In this document: positions 60,559-64,000 of the stretch, one piece after another
Position numbering within the stretch: position 1 is the stretch's first letter
Layout: every line of letters starts with the position of its first letter
NCBI GenBank assembly: GCA_965117015.1
Contig: OZ220747.1
Location: 2,708,247 to 2,772,246, forward strand
Direction: 5' to 3'
Length of the DNA: 64,000 nucleotides
Source: Acidimicrobiales bacterium
Lineage (GTDB): Bacteria; Actinomycetota; Acidimicrobiia; Acidimicrobiales; Aldehydirespiratoraceae
Position numbers and translations under genes: made by a program
Notes under the pieces: model-generated
Database searches by the model: none
What the model was told of the DNA's origin: nothing
What the model saw: only the letters and a program-made list of their open reading frames with translations

Positions 60559-61244
60559 CGATGCCCTTCTACGCCCCGCCCGAGCAGATGATGAAGGACA
60601 AGGCCGATTATGCCCAGAAGGGCATCGCCCGTGGCCGCAGCCTGGTCGCTCTCCGCTACGACGGCGGCATCGCCATCGTGGCCGAGAACACCTCCAGCTC
60701 GCTGCGCAAGGTGAGCGAGATCTACGACCGCATCGCCTTCGCGGGGGTGGGCCGCTACAACGAGTTCGACCAGCTCCGCATCGCCGGGGTGCGCCACGCC
60801 GACCTGAAGGGCTTCGCATTCAGCCGCGAGGATGTGGACGCCCGCAGCCTGGCCAACGCCTACGCCCAGAGCCTCGGGCATGTCTTCACTAACGAGTTCA
60901 AGCCGATGGAGGTGGAAATCCTGGTGGCCGAGATCGGCCTCGAGGACGACGGCGGGGGCGACCAGCTGTTCCACATCCTCTATGACGGCACCGTGGTCGA
61001 CGAGGACGACTGGGTAGTGCTCGGCGGCGAGACCGAGGAGATATCCGAGCGCTTCGAGGCGGCCCTGCCGGACGCGCCCCGGTCGCTGGCTGACGGCGTG
61101 CGGGCCGCGGTGGCTGCCCTGGCCGGCCCCGAACGAACCCTCAGCGCCGAGAGCCTCGAAGCCGCCGTGCTCGACCGCGGCAACGACCGCCGAGCCTTCC
61201 GCCGCCTAACCGACGAAGAGGTAGCCGCCATCCTCACCGGCTAG
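60555..61244 (+). CDS. prcA: 20S proteasome alpha subunit
   Basis: 229 aa. [29 protein letters not shown]... pattern typical of actinobacterial PrcA. Confidence 0.95.
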   Translation: MTMPFYAPPEQMMKDKADYAQKGIARGRSLVALRYDGGIAIVAENTSSSLRKVSEIYDRIAFAGVGRYNEFDQLRIAGVRHADLKGFAFSREDVDARSLANAYAQSLGHVFTNEFKPMEVEILVAEIGLEDDGGGDQLFHILYDGTVVDEDDWVVLGGETEEISERFEAALPDAPRSLADGVRAAVAALAGPERTLSAESLEAAVLDRGNDRRAFRRLTDEEVAAILTG

Positions 61245-61297
61245 GGGACCGGCGGGCCGATCCTTCGCCGCGGGGTCGCGGGGGGTACGGTGGCGGG

Positions 61298-62656
61298 GTG
61301 CAGCGGCGCATCTTCGGCATCGAGAACGAGTACGGCGTCACCTGCACGCTGCGGGGCCAGCGCCGCCTGAGCCCCGACGAGGTGGCCCGCTACCTGTTCC
61401 GCAAAGTGGTGTCGTGGGGGCGCAGCAGCAACGTGTTCCTGGGCAACGGCTCCCGGCTGTACCTCGACGTCGGCAGCCATCCCGAGTACGCCACCCCGGA
61501 GTGCGACTCGGCCCACGACCTGGTCGTGCACGACAAGGCGGGCGAGCGGATCGTCGAGCGGCTGCTGGGCGACGCCGAGGAGCGCCTGGCCGAGGAGGGC
61601 ATCCGCGGCGACGTGTTCCTGTTCAAGAACAACACCGACTCGGCCGGCAATAGCTACGGCTGCCACGAGAACTACCTCACCAGCCGCCGCGACGACCTCA
61701 GCGACTACGCCGAGGTGCTCATCCCGTTCCTGGTCAGCCGCCAGATATACGCCGGGGCGGGCAAGGTGCTGCAGACCGCCCGGGGCGCCATGTACTGCAT
61801 CAGCCAGCGGGCCGAGCACATCTGGGAGGGGGTGTCGTCGGCCACCACACGGTCGCGCCCGATCATCAACACCCGCGACGAGCCCCACGCCGACGCCGAG
61901 CGCTTCCGGCGCCTGCACGTGATCGTGGGCGACTCCAACATGAGCGAGTACACCACCTTCCTCAAGGTCGGGACGTGCGCGCTGATGCTGCGGATGCTGG
62001 AGGATCCCCGGGTGGTGCTGCGGGACATGACGCTGGAGAACCCGATCCGCGCCATCCGCGAGATCAGCCACGACATCACCTGCCGCCGGCGGGTGCGGCT
62101 CGCCACCGGCCGCGAGGTCAGCGCACTCGAGATCCAGTCGGAGTACCTGAACCGGGCCCTGCGCTACGCCGAGCACCACGACCTCTCCGACGAGGAGAAG
62201 AAGGCTCTCACCATGTGGGAGTACTGCCTCACGTCTATCGAGCAGGATCCGCTCCAGCTCGACCGCGAGATCGACTGGGTCGTCAAGCACCACCTGGTGG
62301 AGGCGTACCGGGAGCGGCACGGGCTGGACCTGGCCGACCCCCGGGTCGCCCTGGTGGACCTGCAGTACCACGACGTCAGCCAGAGCCGCGGCCTCTACTA
62401 CACCATGCAGCACCGGGGGATGGTGGAGACGCTGGTCACCGAGGCCGAGATCCACCACGCCGTGGAGAACCCGCCGTCCACCACCCGGGCCCGCCTGCGG
62501 GGCGAGTTCATCCGCCGCGCCAAGGAGCGCAGGCGGGACTACACCGTCGACTGGGTCCACCTGAAGCTGAACGACCAGTCCCAGCGGACGGTGCTGTGCA
62601 AGGACCCGTTCAAGTCCCACGACGAGCGGGTGGAGAAGCTGATCGCGTCCCTGTAG
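61298..62656 (+). CDS. pafA: Pup-protein ligase PafA
   Basis: GTG start. [10 protein letters not shown]..., 452 aa. Paralogous to Dop and located downstream of prcBA. Confidence 0.92.
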   Translation: MQRRIFGIENEYGVTCTLRGQRRLSPDEVARYLFRKVVSWGRSSNVFLGNGSRLYLDVGSHPEYATPECDSAHDLVVHDKAGERIVERLLGDAEERLAEEGIRGDVFLFKNNTDSAGNSYGCHENYLTSRRDDLSDYAEVLIPFLVSRQIYAGAGKVLQTARGAMYCISQRAEHIWEGVSSATTRSRPIINTRDEPHADAERFRRLHVIVGDSNMSEYTTFLKVGTCALMLRMLEDPRVVLRDMTLENPIRAIREISHDITCRRRVRLATGREVSALEIQSEYLNRALRYAEHHDLSDEEKKALTMWEYCLTSIEQDPLQLDREIDWVVKHHLVEAYRERHGLDLADPRVALVDLQYHDVSQSRGLYYTMQHRGMVETLVTEAEIHHAVENPPSTTRARLRGEFIRRAKERRRDYTVDWVHLKLNDQSQRTVLCKDPFKSHDERVEKLIASL

Positions 62657-62670
62657 CGGGCTGCCGCACT

Positions 62671-62717
62671 TTCTGTGTGCAACGAGGCCGCTCCAGTCGG
62701 AATGTCTGCGCACAGAA
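62671..62717 (+). other. 11-bp inverted repeat / RNA hairpin in the pafA-pafB spacer
   Basis: TTCTGTGTGCA (62671-62681) and TGCGCACAGAA (62707-62717). All 11 positions pair as RNA, with one G-U. 25-nt loop, no U-tract. Confidence 0.6.
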
Positions 62718-62735
62718 CCTGGTTAGGTTGACGTC

Positions 62736-63647
62736 ATGGACAAGTTCGAGCGGCTCCTGAACCTGACCGCGGCGCTGCTGCACACGGCGCACCCGCTCAG
62801 CGCCAGCGAGCTGCGTGAGCGCATGGCCGGTGCCTACTCGGAGGACAAGGCGGCCTTCAGGCGGATGTTCGAACGTGACAAGGCCGATCTGAGGGCGATC
62901 GGCGTGCCCATCGAGGTCTCGACCCTCTACCGGCTCGACCCGCCGGTGGAGGGCTACCGCATACCGGCCCGGGCTTACGTGGGCCGTGACGTGCGCTTCG
63001 ACCCCGACGAGCTCGCGGCGTTGCACCTGGCCACCAACCTGGTGCGACTCGAGGGGGGCTCCGGCGCGGGCCTGGCCCGCCTGGGCGGCGCGGCATCGGC
63101 CGGTGCCGCCGGGTCGGTCGAGGAGGTGGGCGAGCTGCCCTTCCATGACGCGCTGGGGAGGCTGGTGGCGGCCGCGGTCGGACGCCGGGAGGTCTCGTTC
63201 GTCTATCGCGAGGCCGAGCGGCGGGTCGAGCCGTGGCGCCTGTCGTTCCACCGGGGCCACTGGTACCTGGTGGGATGGGACGTCGGCCAAGGCACCGAGC
63301 GCATGTTCCGGGTGGACCGCATCGACGGCGAGGTCACCGAACGGGGCGATGCGTCCCACCCGGTGGGGGAGGGGCCCGATCCCAGCACGCTCAGGCCCTG
63401 GGAGTTCGGCCCGGGCCGGCCGGTCGAGGTCCGGGTGCTGGTGGACGCCGACCAGGCGAGCTGGGCCTGCCACCGGGCCGGCGTCGACGGCGAGCGCCGG
63501 CCCGACGGCTCGGTCGTGCTCACGCTCCAGGTGCGCGATGCCGCCGCGGTGAGGTCGTTCGTGGTGGAGTTCCTCGAGCACGCCGAGGTGCTGGAACCTC
63601 AGTGGCTGCGGGACGAGATCGCGGCCTGGCTGGAGGCCCTGGTCTGA
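62736..63647 (+). CDS. pafB: HTH + WYL domain transcriptional regulator PafB
   Basis: N-terminal wHTH (ERLLNLTAALLHT..PLSASEL), a central WYL-like segment (HRGHWYLVGWD), and its position after pafA. Confidence 0.75.
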   Translation: MDKFERLLNLTAALLHTAHPLSASELRERMAGAYSEDKAAFRRMFERDKADLRAIGVPIEVSTLYRLDPPVEGYRIPARAYVGRDVRFDPDELAALHLATNLVRLEGGSGAGLARLGGAASAGAAGSVEEVGELPFHDALGRLVAAAVGRREVSFVYREAERRVEPWRLSFHRGHWYLVGWDVGQGTERMFRVDRIDGEVTERGDASHPVGEGPDPSTLRPWEFGPGRPVEVRVLVDADQASWACHRAGVDGERRPDGSVVLTLQVRDAAAVRSFVVEFLEHAEVLEPQWLRDEIAAWLEALV

Positions 63648-63684
63648 ACTCCGTTCATCGGGTGCGCCTAGTTAGGGTGGTGAG

Positions 63685-64000
63685 GTGACCTCGGCGCCGG
63701 CTGCGAACCCGACCAGTCTGTCGGTGGCCGAGCGCATGGCCCGCCTGCTGGGGGTCGTGCCCTGGGTGGTCGAGCAGGACGGCGCCCACCTCGACGACAT
63801 CTCGGCCCGCTTCGACTATCCCCGGGAGCAGCTGCTGGAGGACCTCGAGCAGCGCCTGTTCTTCGTGGGGGTGCACCCGTTCACCCCGGACACGCTGATC
63901 GAGGTGCGCATCTCCGACGGGATCGTCGACATCCAGTACGCGGACTGGTTCTCGCAGCCCATGCGGCTGTCGGTGGAGGAGGCGACCCGGCTGCTGGCCG
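63685..64000 (+). CDS. pafC: HTH + WYL domain regulator PafC (5' partial; runs off the window)
   Basis: An open frame from the GTG at 63685 to the window end encodes ...SVAERMARLLGVVPWVVEQDGAHLDDISARFDYPREQLLEDL... It is not in the ORF track because it has no stop inside the window. Confidence 0.7.
   Translation, partial: MTSAPAANPTSLSVAERMARLLGVVPWVVEQDGAHLDDISARFDYPREQLLEDLEQRLFFVGVHPFTPDTLIEVRISDGIVDIQYADWFSQPMRLSVEEATRLLA

Overview
High-GC chromosomal segment with the hallmarks of Actinomycetota: a complete Pup-proteasome locus, TrmI, PBP4 and a class F sortase. I saw no rRNA, tRNA, CRISPR array, transposase or integrase. Most of the window is densely packed core metabolism, and many neighbouring genes have overlapping stop and start codons.

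Core genes, in order:
- 14-12395: rpe, an RNA methyltransferase, menB, a PfkB kinase, a Zn-ADH, the H+-pyrophosphatase, 5-formyl-THF cyclo-ligase and trkA followed by two tandem trkH genes.
- 12611-18699: gltBD.
- 27063-44722: GDPD, pyk, an acyl-CoA dehydrogenase, a MobA-rhodanese fusion, RNase D, a ClC channel, cysD-cysNC, tal-tkt, PBP4 and a Lon-N domain protein.
- 45618-48421: an operon encoding a ThiS-like carrier, a TtuA-like tRNA thiolase, TrmI and a serine protease.
- 48933-64000: arc/mpa, then a five-gene polar amino-acid ABC importer, then dop-pup(GGE)-prcB-prcA-pafA-pafB-pafC (pafC is truncated by the window end).

The accessory-looking stretch runs from about 18.7 to 27.1 kb. It holds an EEP-family lipoprotein, a small IDALDA-repeat protein, a permease with an extra C-terminal domain, and a class F sortase. 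Next to the sortase are three tandem paralogous surface proteins with a non-canonical (A/P)A(E/A)TG sorting signal and Met/Asp and Glu/Ala/Pro repeat tracts. Upstream of these lies an ORF-free region of about 0.8 kb with a promoter, three direct-repeat boxes and a set of hairpins that read better on the minus strand. This is my best candidate for an undescribed structured RNA or long leader.

Other observations:
- Sortase 5' remnants, each with a conserved hairpin, follow each duplicated surface-protein gene.
- Short duplications of stop/start junctions create doubly coupled mini-ORFs at ttuB/ttuA and prcB/prcA.
- A 41-nt duplication of the dop start flanks a dispersed 30-48 nt repeat element.

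All calls come from reading the sequence and ORF translations by eye. No searches or folding programs were run.
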